Below, in pieces: positions 36,815-49,895 of a stretch of DNA of 64,000 bases. How positions within the stretch are numbered: the stretch's first letter is position 1; each line of letters starts with the position of its first letter. The stretch is from Octopus sinensis. Taxonomy: Eukaryota. The notes below the pieces were generated by a model. It was not told the DNA's origin, made no database searches, and saw only the letters and a list, made by a program, of their open reading frames with translations. A program made the position numbers and the translations under genes. The stretch covers positions 17,298,001 through 17,362,000 of the forward strand of contig NC_043000.1 of NCBI RefSeq assembly GCF_006345805.1, given 5' to 3'.

Positions 36815-37200
36815 TCTTTCTACTAAAGGCACAAGGCCTGAAATTTTGTAGGGAGGAGCTAGTCAATTACATCGACCTTAGTTTTTTACTGGTATTTAAT
36901 TTAACAACCCCAAAAAATGGCAAAATCAACCTTGGCAGAATTTGAACTCACATTGTGCAGATGGATGAAACGCCACTAAGCATTTTGCCTGCTGTGCCAA
37001 CAATTCTGCCAGCTTGCTGCCTTAATAACAATAATAATTATAATATTAATAACAATGGTTTCAAATTTTGGCACAAGGCCAGCAGTTTAGGGTGAGTGGG
37101 TATATTGATTACATACACCCAAGTGCTTGACTGACATTTTATTAATTCCAAAAGGATGAAGAGCAAAGTCAACCTCAGCGGAATTTGAACTCAGAATACT
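36590..37200 (-). mobile_element. Three consecutive diverged SINE B variants separated by (AAT)n
   Basis: Repeated ggcacaaggcc...gtcaacc..ggcagaatttgaactcag. Confidence 0.75.
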
Positions 37201-37433
37201 AATTAATGATTTAAGCATATAAATTAAGTGCTTATAACTATTCTAAATTTTGTTATTATTTTTCTATTTTTCAATTAATCATTGAGCTTTTCCAAAAGGA
37301 TGAAGGGCAAAGTCAACCTCAGCGGAATTTGAACTCAGAATACTAATTAATGATTTAAGCATATAAATTAAGTGTTTATAACTATTCTAAATTTTGTTAT
37401 TATTTTTCTGTTTTTCAATTAATCATTGAGCTT
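37146..37433 (+). repeat. 144-bp tandem duplication
   Basis: Units 37146-37289 and 37290-37433, three substitutions seen. Confidence 0.92.
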
Positions 37434-37699
37434 TGACTGTTAAGTTTCTTGATGATGCGTGGTTTTATAGAAACACCCAAGTCTTTTCTTGAATTGGGCA
37501 GTTGTTTTATAATTGACAGCCTGTCACGATAACAAGATTGTCTTATACTTGCTAACCTCACAGAGTAACAAGTTGTTCTGTGAGTTTGTTATACATTAGT
37601 GCTCTTAACTATCAAATGTGAATGGAACCTCTTTCATTAGTGACTGAATTACTTATAATGTTTATTTATCTTAACCTTGTCTGTAAATATTATGTAACG

Positions 37700-38150
37700 A
37701 GAAGAAGATGAAGCTGGAGTGGAATAAGGTGGGGGGGGTTAATTGGAAAATTAGAAGAGGGTGGAGTGACAAAAGAAAAATTGTCTGAAGACAGAAGATA
37801 GTGGAATGACAGACGAGCAGTTATTTCAAGAGAGGAGGTGGTGGAGTGATTGATGAAGAATTTTACAGAGGTAGGAATTAATGGAGAATAACAGAAGAGA
37901 GTTATTTGCAGATAGAAAATGGTGATGTGACATAAGTAGTGTTCGATGAAAACATAGGGTGACAGAGTGACATGTAAAGGGAATTATTTGAAGACGAGAG
38001 ATGGTGGAGTGACAGAAATAAATTAATCTGAAGGCTGAAGATAATGAAAGAGCAATAGAAGAGTTATCTCACGGTAGAACATGGTAGAGTAGCAGAAGAA
38101 AGTAGCTTAGAAGGACAGTGATCTGGTGATAGGGGACAGTGCAGTAATAG
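37700..38150 (+). repeat. Degenerate purine-rich ~40-bp minisatellite
   Basis: Recurrent gagttatttgaagac...gatggtggagtgacagaa. Confidence 0.6.
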
Positions 38151-38693
38151 TAGGGGTCAAGTACCTGACAAAAATGTCATACAGAATTGTGCTTATAACA
38201 TAAACACCCATAGCATAGTGAGGCTACATGGTCAAGTGATTAGGGCGTTGCACTCATGATGGAGATATTGTGAGTTTGAATCCTGAACCAGGCAGTGTGT
38301 TTTGTTCTTGAGCAAAGCACTTTATATCACATTGCTCAGTAATCACTTTGACAACTGACATAAAGTGCACGGTGCACCTGTACAGATAATGTCTTTGATA
38401 TTATTGTGAAGCATATAAACTCACTCCCTCTATATGGTTTGATAGAGAGGGAATGAGCTTATATGTGGCACAGTCATTTGGTCACTATAAACAAATCACA
38501 TGTAGGTCGTTCAACAAGAAATTGCAGACCTGCCTTTCACAGATTTGAAAAAAAGGTTACTTCAATTGACTGAAGCTCGCCTTTTCAAGGAAACCACTAT
38601 GTAAAGATAACCATAGAACAGCAGAAAATGTTGAGCACCGGATTAAAGACCATATAGTATTCAGTTTTATTTTCTGTGTTGTAAGTTAAAAAA

Positions 38694-39200
38694 GTGGCGG
38701 TGCATAGCTTAGTGGTTAGGGTGTCAGCATCATGATTGTAAGATTGTGGTTTCAATTCGTGGACCGGGCGACGCATTGTTTTTTCAAGTAAAACACTTCA
38801 TTTCATGTTGCTCCAGTCCACTCAACTGGCAAAAATGAGTAGTGCTGCGATGGACTGGTGTCCCGTCCAGCTGGAGAACACATACGTCATGGAAACCAGG
38901 AAACAGGGCCATGAGCCTGGCTAGGCTTTAAAAGGGCACATTTATTTGTGGAGGTACGTGGTTTAGTGGTTAGGGTGTCAGCACCACAATTGTAAGATTG
39001 TGGTTTCGATTCCTGAACTGGGTAACGTGTTGTGTTCTTGAGCAAAATACTTAATTTCACATTGCTCCAGTCCACTCAGCTGGCAAAAATGAGTAGTGCT
39101 GCGATGGACTGGCGTCCCATCCAGCTGGAGAACACATACGCCATAGAAACCAGGAAACCGGGCCCATGAGCCTGGCTAGGCTTTAAAGGGCACATTTATT
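38694..39200 (+). mobile_element. Head-to-tail dimer of SINE family E (38694-38947, 38948-39200)
   Basis: tRNA-like head, ttgagcaaaacacttcatttca..ttgctccagtccactcagctggc core, tail gagcctggctaggctttaaaagggcac. Confidence 0.85.
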
Positions 39201-39291
39201 TATTTTATTTTAAGTTCAAAAAACATTTAAAAAAAAAAAGACATGCCATCTTTCATCCTTTCGAAATTGACACAATAAGTACCAGTCATAT

Positions 39292-39678
39292 GTGGAGGCG
39301 CAATGGCCCAGTGGTTAGGGCAGCGGACTCGCAGTCATAGGATCGCGGTTTCGATTCCCAGACCGGGCGTTGTGAGTGTTTATTGAGCGAAAACACCTAA
39401 AAGCTCCACGAAGCTCTGGCAGGGGATGGTGGTGATCCCTGCTGTACTCTTTCACCACAACTTTCTCTCACTCTTACTTCCTGTTTCTGTTGTACCTGTA
39501 TTTCAAAGGGCCGGCCTTGTTACTCTCTGTCACGCTGAATATCCCCGAGAACTACGTTAAGGGTGCACGTGTCTGTGGAGTGCTCAGCCACTTACACGTT
39601 AATTTCACATGCAGGCTGTTCCGTTGATTTGGATCAACCGGAACCCTCATCGTCGTAACTGACGGAGTGCTTCCATCC
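39292..39678 (+). mobile_element. SINE family C, TSD accagtcatat
   Basis: 11-bp direct repeat at 39281-39291 and 39679-39689. Confidence 0.92.
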
Positions 39679-40507
39679 ACCAGTCATATACCGAAGTCTA
39701 TTCAAATTAATTTTAATCATACTTTTCACTTTCAAAATTATGGTTTTCTTCTTTGTTTACACAAAAGTAGAAGCAATATCTATAGTTCTGACAGTAGTCA
39801 TCCCATAAACTGGTAAAGTTGATGTGGTTATATTCAATTTGATCTTTTCTCAGTCAATATGTATAAATAAAAACGTGGTGAGTTGGCAAAAACATTAGCA
39901 CGCCGGGCGAAATGCTTAGTGGTATTTCATCTACCACAACGTTCTGAGTTCAAATTCCACCGAGGTCAACTTTGCCCTTCATCCTTTTGGGGTCGATAAT
40001 GTTGATATACTATGTCTGAATAAAGACAAAATGACCACCAGTGAAAAATCTGATAATTAGTATGCTTGATCAGGGCTAATACGGGACTAAGTATAATAAA
40101 ATAAGCATCTGAAATTTTTGTTAGTTTTGCACACTAGTAATTTCATGGGAAATATGTTGCAAGGCAAATAATAAACAAATTTTGATGATAAAACTGAAAA
40201 TAGTTTATTTACAAAACATATTTTACACATTTTATAAATTTTTGACATTTGAAATATCAGAGATAGCTGAAATTAGCAAGAAGGAGAAAACAATTTTGGC
40301 TTGAGTCCCAATTGTAATGAAATTATCTGTATTTAATGTTAATTATATTGATTAGGTAAACAAGCAAAAAAATAAATAATTACAATAAACAATCTAGTCT
40401 GAGTTTTTTCACCTACACACAAAGAAATAGGTGATTTTGATATACCACATTGGTGGGAAAAGGCTCCAAATGCAACTAATAGATTTTATGTTTAATAGCA
40501 GGTTTAA

Positions 40508-40717
40508 CCCTTTAGTATTAAAACCAGCCACAACCAACCCAAAATATTCTAGCTGTTTTATATTCAAATCTGGCATCTCATAGCTACCCTACAAAGTCAT
40601 TCTGAAAAATAAACCATCATATAAAAATCTTGAAGCTACGAGAGAATGCATGATCAATTCAAAATAATATGAATAAATAAGTATTACATTTGACAGGGTA
40701 ATCTAAACGTTAAAGGG
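40508..40717. mobile_element. piggyBac-type MITE (210 bp), TTAA TSD
   Basis: TTAA-CCCTTTA ... TAAAGGG-TTAA. Confidence 0.85.
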
Positions 40718-40926
40718 TTAAATGAAAAACAAAATATATACATACATATATATGTCATATAATATGGACCAAGCTCTGGTAAAAGCCTAATTACTGAGTG
40801 AAAAGGAATCCTGCCATAAAACAATGCTTCAAGCATTTGAATTTCTTATTAAACAAAAACCAAGCCTGATATAAAACATGCTTGGATTTAGTTAAAGAAA
40901 TTGCCACAGATTTGAAAAGGAAATTA

Positions 40927-41479
40927 TATTGGGTTGTCTGGAAAGTTCATGCCAATTTATAGTAGCTTACCTTTTGACTTATTTTACAACATGGTTGAGT
41001 CCATAAAATAGGATTTGACTACACCTCCATTTAGAGCACAGTTTAAGCTATCTTTTCGTGGAAGAAGGTTTATGTTCCTATAACCTGTGTTAATTCTGTA
41101 ACCCTTTAAAATGGAAGATAAAAAAGTTCATTTTCGGCACTTGATGCTTTGGGAACCAGACAAAAATTGCTGCAGCTCGGCTGGGATGTGTTACTCCACA
41201 TCTCCATATTCACCAGATATTGCTCCTCTGGATTTCCACTTATTCAGGTCTCTGCAGAATAGTCTTAATGGTAAAAGTTTCAATTCCTTGGATGACATAA
41301 AAAGATACCTTAATGAATTCTTTGCCATGAAACCACCTCAATTCTTGGAAGAGGGTATTTTAAAGTTATAGGAACAACAAAATGGTTCATATTTGGTTGA
41401 TTAAAAATGAAATGGCAAGTATTTATTGACCTTTTTCTTTCCTTCAAAAATCGGCACGAACTTTCCGGACAACCCAATA
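40927..41479 (+). mobile_element. mariner deletion-derivative MITE, TA TSD
   Basis: TIR ttgggttgtc(t/c)ggaaagttc / gaactttccggacaacccaa; N-terminus MEDKKVHFRH fused to the YSPDIAP..FHLF C-terminus. Confidence 0.92.
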
Positions 41480-42139
41480 AAATAAAAGAAGAAAGCTTCT
41501 GACATTGTATTTAATGTTAGCATCATTAATTTTGACATGTAGTAGTTTTGTACCTTTTTTTTTTAAATGAGGAAAAATGGTCCATAATTTTTCTAATTTG
41601 GAATGAGACAGCCCAGTTGAATGTCTAAAACATAGCAGTCTGTTTTTGATTTTTTTTTTAATTTTCAGTTTTCATGATTAAAGTAGTAAAAGAACTCCCA
41701 AAATGAGAATGTTAAAAAATATATATATAAGTATATATTATAACCATTGAGGGTGAGGTACAGTAAAAGAGTTTGGGATAATATGAATATTTGGGGAAAT
41801 CTAGCTTAATATAAATCCTCTATAAAATTTCATTAATATTATCTTTAATATATCAAACTAAATATAGACTAAAAACATTTTTATTTATAAAATAAATAAA
41901 ATAAATTTACTTATAACTATCAATATTTATTTATTCCTAATTACTTTTTAATATTTCCTGCATTAATTATATTAACACTGAATTTTTTTTTTTTTTTCCA
42001 TTTTGGCATATGGCATCTATGAATAATTTAATTTTAAAAGAATTCTATTTTTCTATGTCAATAAATATACAGCCTTGTATATCTATTTTAGCATTCCATT
42101 GATCACTACTTCATATTATTAAAGCTTATGGTTCACTGG

Positions 42140-42380
42140 GGTTGGAACAAACTGGCAGATCGACAGAAAGTTGCCCAGATATGCTCCAACCTCTGGCAAA
42201 CAGGCACTCTTCTCATGGCTGTTTCTACCTGACAATAATAACCCTGGCTTCTCAGAGGTGGCTGGGCTCAAGCTATCTCCTCATGCATTCTCAACCCATC
42301 ATTTCTCCTCTTTTCATCTCTCTTTGTTGTGTCCAACCAGAAGCCCCAAACTAACTCCTATACCCAAACCTTCCTTCCTA
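42140..42380 (+). mobile_element. Degraded Jockey-group (L2/Crack-like) LINE 3' fragment
   Basis: Broken frame PLANR...FY...SEVAGL...TNSYTQTFLPR. Confidence 0.4.
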
Positions 42381-42387
42381 GAATACC

Positions 42388-42624
42388 CATTTCTTTATTA
42401 CCCACAAGGGGCTAAACATAGAGGGGACAAACAAGGACAGACATAGGTATTAAGTCGATTACATCGACCCCAGTGCGTAACTGGTACTTAATTTATTGAC
42501 CCAGAAAGGATGAAAGGCAAAGTCGACCTCGGCGGAATTTGAACTCAGAACGTTGCGACAGACGAAATACAGCTAAGCATTTCGCATGGCGCGCTAACGT
42601 TTCTGCCAGCTCGCCGCCTAAATA
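42388..42624 (-). mobile_element. SINE B, TSD cctagaatacc
   Basis: 11-bp direct repeat at 42377-42387 and 42625-42635. Confidence 0.9.
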
Positions 42625-42857
42625 CCTAGAATACCGATGCTCCAGAACTCCTTATTTGTTCATGTCTTTCATACAAGCTTTGACCAGCAACAGTTTAAAA
42701 GGAACATCAGTGACATTAATTTCACTGGTTTTGGAGAGCCCATTAAAGTCACAGGCACTGTTTCCAAAGTCAGAAAGCAAAAAAAAAAATTTAAAAAAAA
42801 AAAAAAAAGAGACCAAAACATTCAAAGTTATTCTGCACCAAAAAAATAGAAATAATA

Positions 42858-43050
42858 TCCCTCTTGAAAAGGTAATCTTACTAACAGCCTAAAGTTACTA
42901 AGCCTGACCATATGAATATCGCGGCAAGACATGATGGTCAAGCAGTAATAAATAATGGAGCTTCTGTATGTGTTCATTATCACTGCCCTACCTCTCAGGG
43001 ATAGCATCTGCTCAGCTAATTTCTGGACCAAACTGAAGACTGACATCCCC
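42858..43050 (-). mobile_element. Tx1-like LINE internal fragment
   Basis: WAEQMLSLRGRAVIMNTY.SSIIYY resembles the LSLxGR motif downstream of L1/Tx1 RT. Confidence 0.55.
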
Positions 43051-43169
43051 ATAAAAATAATAATAGATCTCAAATATAGTATATTGATATTTTGATAAGA
43101 TCATTGACGTGAGAATACAAAACAAATACCAAAAACAGGTACAGCATTTCATAGTGATGTGGTAAAAAA

Positions 43170-43610
43170 ACATTATAGAATATATTAGCCTGTTGTATAA
43201 CATTTATACAATATATTGGTGTGTTGTATAACATCGATATAATATATACATATATCAATATAACATTTATACAATATATTATTGTTTATTATATCATTTA
43301 TACAATATTTTTGTGTTGCATAAGATAGATATATATATATATACACATACATACATACACAATTTATCAACATGTTCTGTAACATTTATACAATATATCA
43401 ACATTATGTGTGACATTAATACAATATAAACATATGCTGTAAAACATTTATGCAATATCTCAGTATGTTGTATGTAGTCTATTATTTAAACAATATAAGG
43501 TGAGCATTAAAACATTTATATTATATATCATGTTATATAGCAATAAACCACAGAATATCGGCAGTGTGATATTACATTTATGTAATACTTCAGACATGTT
43601 ATAACATTTG
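43170..43610 (+). repeat. AT-rich ~30-bp degenerate minisatellite (ataacatttatacaatat core)
   Basis: Core recurs repeatedly. Confidence 0.65.
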
Positions 43611-43938
43611 TACATTTCCATGTTAGATTTTCATTGTGTGTATGCATGTATGTGTGTCTGTGTGTGTGTGTGTGAGGGAGAGAGAGAGAGAGATGTATTC
43701 CAAAAGGGTATATAACATTTATTCTGAGTCGCAATGATATTGACAATTTCAAATATATACATGTGTGTGTATGTGTGTATATATGTAGGCTTACAGTATT
43801 ATACTCCACAACTAATACATTATCCCATGGAATTTCAGTTTGTATGGAGGAAAATTGTTCACAGCTACACAGTCCATTAACCATCATTTGCTGGAGCGCC
43901 AACTGAGGAGACCACTCAGATTTCTAAAACCTCTTTAA

Positions 43939-44353
43939 CCCTTTCGTTACTATATTTCTGACCAAAATACACCCCTCATGAGTTTCAATTAAATTCTAAA
44001 ATAATCATGAATCTAGGCTTGTTTCATTAAATAACTGTAACTTTTTTACTTATCAACATATTAATGTGATATTTGGAAAATAATTAAAGAAAGGGTTCTT
44101 AATCAATTCTATTGCATAACTTTTGTCTCAAAGTGACTTTAATTACAGGTAAATCCAGGTAAATTGAGCAAAAGGTAAAAATATTAAAATTTTGTTTAAA
44201 CATCACCATAGAAAATGAATCATCAGTTAATATTCAAATGGGTATGCAACAAAATTTAAATATGAATAGGTAAATTCGGGCAGTTTTGGGCGGTTTGGTC
44301 ACGTTAACCAAAATTTTTTTCGGGCGGCTTTGGGCGGTTTAGTAACGAAAGGG
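43939..44353. mobile_element. piggyBac-type MITE (415 bp), TTAA TSD
   Basis: TTAA-CCCTTTCGTTACTA ... TAGTAACGAAAGGG-TTAA. Confidence 0.9.
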
Positions 44354-45001
44354 TTAATCTGACATACGTATGGCTGTACATAGAATACCCAGGTACAGAC
44401 AAGAAAGGTAAAACAACATTCAATACTATGAAGAGAATATTTTTTCTGGCAGTAACAGCTTCTTGCACCTATTTCCTGTTTATTGAAATGCCATATTTCC
44501 AGTCTCAGACTACATATGAGGTACCTTCATATCTAGTCTGATGATCAGAAATGTAAAATCAATCATACACACACACACACACACAGAAACACAATATTTT
44601 GTCTACTGAGTTATATATTTTCAATCCTGTATAATATATACACCTATAAAATGGAATAAAAGAAGTACAAAATGCATCATAATCTTTTTTAGAAGTGCAT
44701 GTGTGTTAGTTGTTTTGCTAAATATATGAGTGGATTGTGTGAGTGTGTGTACATATAGATATATATCAAGGGCGTATATTCTGGGTGTGCTAGGTGTGTG
44801 TTGCACACCCATCGAAAATGGCAAATTCATTATAAATATTAACCTTTCTCATTAATTTAATCACAAATCTTAATGGAAAACTTTTGTTATACCCCAGCTT
44901 AAAATTTGGTGGCATTGGGTGTGGCAGCACACCAATGCAACCACCATATGCCACTAATATATACGTGTATATATATATATATATATATATATATTAGTAT
45001 G

Positions 45002-45051
<50 letters not shown>

Positions 45052-45403
45052 GTCGTTGCCAGCCTCGCCTGTGGCCCCGTGTCGGTGGCACGTATAAAAG
45101 GCACCATCCGAACGTGGCCGAAGCCAGTGCCGCCTCGACTGGCTTCCGTGCCGGTGGCACATAAAATGCACCAATCCGACCGTGGCCGATGCCAGCCTCG
45201 CCTGGCACCAGTGCAGGTGGCACGTAAAAAGCACCCACTACACTCACGGAGTGGTTGGCGTTAGGAAGGGCATCCAGCTGTAGAAACATTGCCAGATAAG
45301 ACCGGAGCCTGGTGCAGCCTTCTGGCTTCCCAGATCCCTGGTCGAACCGTCCAACCCATGCTAGCATGGAGAACGGACGTTAAACGATGATGATGATGAT
45401 GAT
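45052..45403 (+). mobile_element. RTE 3'UTR copy ending in (GAT)n
   Basis: Matches the 3'UTR of the RTE at 53980-56323. Confidence 0.85.
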
Positions 45404-45788
45404 ATATACACACACACACACACATACAAATATACATACATACATTATATATATATATATATACACATATGTATATATACACATATACATACATGTATAT
45501 ATATATACATACATACATTATATATATACATACATACATTATATATATACATACATACATTATATATATATATACATACATTATATATATATATATATAC
45601 ACATACATTATATATACATACATTATATATACATATATATACATACATACATTATATATACATATATATACATACATACATTATATATACATATATACAT
45701 ACATACATTATATATACATATATATACATACATACATATATATACATACATATACATACATACATATATATACATTACATACATATAT

Positions 45789-45838
<50 letters not shown>

Positions 45839-45840
45839 TC
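45404..45840. repeat. Complex (TA)/(TACA) microsatellite
   Basis: Direct inspection. Confidence 0.95.
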
Positions 45841-45864
45841 ATCTAGTAAGAGATAAATATCATT

Positions 45865-46270
45865 GAGGACAGCTGTGTAAAGAAGTGCCAATCTCTAACT
45901 GTGGAGGGAAGCTGAGGAAGAGGTAGACCCAGGAAAACATGGGATAAGGTGTGAAGCATGACCTTCAAATATTGCGCCTCATAGAAGTGATGACAAGTGA
46001 CCGAGACCTTTGGCGATATGCTGTGCTTGAGAAGACCCATCAAGCCAAGTGAAATCATAGTTGTGGCTGATGCTGATGCCACATAACTGGCACCATCCGA
46101 GCTGGTGGTACCCATTACACTTTGTAAAGTGGTTGGCATTAGGATCGGCATCCAGCCATAGAAACCATACCAAATCAGAGTGGAACCTGGTGCAGCTCTC
46201 CAGCTTACCAATTCCAGTCAAACGGACCCATGCCAGCATGGAAAGTAGATGTTAAATGATGACGATGATA
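45865..46270 (+). mobile_element. Diverged RTE 3' fragment (ORF end plus UTR)
   Basis: GRGRPRKTW-like segment and acccatgccagcatggaa tail. Confidence 0.8.
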
Positions 46271-46332
46271 ATGATAACGAAACACAGAATTTAAATGTTA
46301 AATTATAGTAGCTTACATCAAAATCCTGTGAT

Positions 46333-46756
46333 GGGCTGTGTGGTAAGAAGTTGGCTTCCCAACCACAAGATTCCAGGTTCAATCTAACTGTGTGGCATAT
46401 TGGGTAAATGTCTTCCATAGCCTCAGGCCAACCAAAAGCCTTGTGAGTAGATTTGATAGATGGAAATTGAAAGAAGCCCATCATTTGTATGTGTGTGTGT
46501 GTTTGTGTGCATATATACATGTATACACACCTATGTGTATGTTTTTGTGTCTGTGTTTGTCCTCCACCATTAATTCACAACCAGTGTTGGTGTGCTTACA
46601 TCCTTGTAACTTAGCCGCTGGCAAAAGAGACTAATAGAATAAGCATCAGGTTAAAAAAAAATGTACTAGGATCGATTCATTTAACTAACAGTTCTTCAAG
46701 GCAGTGCTCCAGTATGGCCACAGTCTAATGACTGAAACAAGTAAAAGATGAAAGAT
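46333..46756 (+). mobile_element. Diverged SINE family A
   Basis: Similarity to other family A copies. Confidence 0.8.
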
Positions 46757-46992
46757 ATAGATATATATAGCGAGAAGTTGAGGTTATAAGAGCTAATAGT
46801 GTCATTGAGGCCCAAAGGTGTCAGGTAATGCTGAATAAGTGCTATAGACAGACCATAGTTAAGTTCCAGATTTGGTAATTTTGCGAATAAAGGGTTCAAT
46901 GTTGGTTCTATGTCAGTGAGTGTATATATGAATTTTTTGTGTAATAAAATAAAAAACCAAGGCCGTATAGATATTAGAGCATTTATAGATAG

Positions 46993-47044
46993 GTCTTACA
47001 GCTGTTTCCAGGATATTTATTAATTATATCCCTTCATCAGAGAC
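46993..47044 (-). ncRNA. Minimal type I hammerhead ribozyme-like motif (left arm of foldback element)
   Basis: GTCT-CTGATGA-A GGGATAT..ATATCCT G-GAAA-CAGCTG-TA-AGAC: palindromic stem III (ACAGCTGT), GUA triplet, 4-bp stem I. Confidence 0.65.
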
Positions 47045-47214
47045 AGTGTGAGAGGATGGTTCAGTCATAGTTAGTTTAGATGTGATACAAAATAGAGAAT
47101 GAGGTGGGGGAAAGAAAATAGATGCAAGATATGGATGGGTATCACATCTAAACTATGAATTAACTATCCTCTATCACATCTAAACTAACTTTCACTTAAC
47201 TATCCTCTCACACC

Positions 47215-47662
47215 GTCTCTGATGAAGAGATATCTTTATATATAAAAGAGAGGTTGTGTGCTGTCTGTCTCCTACGATTTAGATTCCTAACTACTCCCAC
47301 ATTTTGCGGTGCAGTTTAACCAAAACCGGGTATCTTATAGTCGTGATTCATATCGAGCCCTTCTGGGTATTAGCGCGCGTCTATGATGAGTCTACGATTT
47401 AAAAAAAAATTTACCATCAATTTTCCCCATTTTTAATGCATTTTTGGCATATATAAGGGAAGTAACTCTCTAAAAATTTATTAAATCTCAGAACGTAAAA
47501 AGCTACAGTAACACCCCCCCCACTTTGTGGTTAGCCATATTGAGATGGCTATTATACTTTGCATCTCTAAAAATGCTTATATAGTTATTTCCCTTACAAA
47601 CCCGAGCTATGCCGGGCGATACTGCTAGTAATATATAAATATCCTAGAAACAGCTGTAAGAC
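47215..47662 (+). ncRNA. Second hammerhead-like motif, split in stem II by a Helentron-like insertion
   Basis: GTCT-CTGATGA at 47215-47225 and GAAA-CAGCTG-TA-AGAC at 47647-47662, separated by the 47232-47629 element. Confidence 0.55.
47232..47629 (+). mobile_element. Non-autonomous Helentron/DINE-1-like element (variant interior)
   Basis: Same termini as 23243-23639. Confidence 0.75.
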
Positions 47663-48724
47663 CTTCTATCTATAAATGCTCTAATATCTACACAGCCTTG
47701 GTTTTTACATCTTATTACGCAAAAAATTCTTTTATATATATATATACATATATATATGGAAGTGTCTGCATGTTTTAGATGTGTATATTGAGGTTATTCC
47801 CTTATTCTCTGTGTGATTCTGAATTTTTCTGGTCTCAGTTCCAAAATACCCGCCAAATCCTAGAGGCTCAGCTTTTCCTCTGTAAACTGTGTACAGGTTA
47901 CAAAAAACAAAAAAAAAACCTTACATCTCATAAATTAATAGATTTTCTTCTTGCAAAATGCTTCCCCTCCACTCCCACCACGCCACACAGACACACACAC
48001 ACTTATAAGAGTATAGGTAGATTTAACTTGGAACAGCTGGACCACAGTATATAAAATGTGTGGGTAGCGAAGGAACTACAGAGACTGCAGGGTGAAGAGT
48101 GAGTCAGCTGGTGCAGATATGTGATATGTATATATTTTGATAACCAACATGTTTATATACATGATAGGTGTGTGTGTGTGTATGTGTTTGTGTCTGTGTG
48201 TGTGTGTTGGGAATTAGTTATTGCACATAATTAAGATGATGGACTCCACGGATGTAAAAAATAATTACAATCAATTTTGAGGGTACATAAAGTAACATAA
48301 CATAGGGGAATACCAAAAAGAATATTACTGACTATAAGGGTATAGAAAAAAATATATAAGGTACCTCAAGGGTGTAGAAAATTTATAATGGATCACAGGG
48401 ATATAGAAAATTAATATAATTTTCTGCAACATGTAGGAAGTTAATAAAACTGAACCTCAAGGTGCGTTTAAAAATATTGTAACAGACCACAAGAAAGGAG
48501 CAAATAACAGCATAACAGAATACCGGGGTGTAGATATTAATATAACAGAATATAAGGGTGTAGAAAATGAATACAACCTACCAATGATGGTTGGTGGAGG
48601 AGTAGAAAATAAGACACAAACAAGTAGGGTGAGAAATCATGCAACATATTAGATTGTCAGATAAATTTGCTTTCCATTTTCCTTCATTTATTTTAATTCT
48701 TTCCAATGTTATATGAATTTGTGT

Positions 48725-49895
48725 AGGTGCATGGCTTAGCGGTTAGGGTGTCAGCATCATGATCGTAAGATTGTGGTTTCGATTCCTGGACCAGGCGACG
48801 CATTGTGTTCTTGAGCAAAACACTTCATTTCCCGTTGCTCCAGTCCACTCAGCTGGCAAAAATGAGTAACACTGCGATGGACTGGCGTCCCGTCCAGGTG
48901 GAGAACACGTACACCATAGAAACCAGGAAACTGGGCCCGTGAGCCTGGCTAGGCTTTAAAAGGGCGCAGTGGAGGCGCAATGGCCCGGTGGTTAGGGCAG
49001 CGGACTCGCAGTCGGAGGATCGTGGTTTCGATTCCCAGACCAGGCATTGTGTGTGTTTATTGAGCGAAAACACCTAAAAGCTCCACGAGGCTCCAGCAGG
49101 GAGTGGTGGCGACCCTGTTGTACTCTCACGACAACTTTCTCTCACTTTCTTTTCCTGTTTCTCGAGTTACGCTGCAATGGACTGGTGTCCCGTCCAGCTG
49201 GGGGGGGGGGAGAATACATACGCCACAGAAACCGGGAAACCGGGCCCATGAGCCTGGCTAGGCTTGAAAAAGGCGACGTTATATGAATTAACATGAACAA
49301 TTTTTATTGTAGTGTTCATGTGTTACACTCATGGTCACAAGATCATAGTTTCAACTACTGGACTGAGTAGTGCATTGTGTTCCTGAGCAAAACACTTCAT
49401 TTCACATTGCCTCAGAGTCTACTCACTTCTAAATGAGTAACCGTGATGGACAGGCATTCCATACAGGAGGAAAGTTGTAATCTTGGTCCATTTATACACC
49501 AAGGAAACTGAGTAACTGGTATTATGAGTCTTAAGACTCAAGACATTACTTACTTTTTAGTTTTCCTCAACTGGTGAGGGCGCGTGGCTTAGTGGTTAGG
49601 GGCATTTGGCTCATGATCGTAAGGTTGTGAGTTCGATTCCCGGCGACGCGTTGTGTCCTTGAGCAAGACACTTTATTTCACGTTGCTCCAGTCCACTCAG
49701 CTGGCAAAAATGAGTTGTACTTGTATTTCAAAGGGTCAGCCTTGTCACTCTCTGTGTCACGCTGATTATCCCCGAGAACTACGTTAAGGGTACACGTGTC
49801 TGTGGAATGCTCAGCCATTTGCATGTTAATTTCACGAGCAAGCTGTTCCGTTGATTGTATCAGCTGGGACCCTCATCGTCGTAACCGGCGGAGTC
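48725..49895 (+). mobile_element. SINE cluster: E (48725-48968), C-head/E-tail chimera (48970-49275), diverged E-type (49320-49550), E-head/C-tail chimera (49574-49895)
   Basis: Modules aligned by eye to pure family C and E copies. Confidence 0.8.

Larger units (their letters stand above)
46930..47729. mobile_element. Foldback element with about 160-bp inverted arms, probably Penelope-like-derived
   Basis: Left arm gaatttttt...gtgata mirrored by the right arm once the Helentron-like insert is removed; each arm carries a hammerhead motif. Confidence 0.6.

Noticed and set aside
37440-37690. Possible CR1 remnant (KDLGV-like on minus)
   Set aside because: Too degraded to support.
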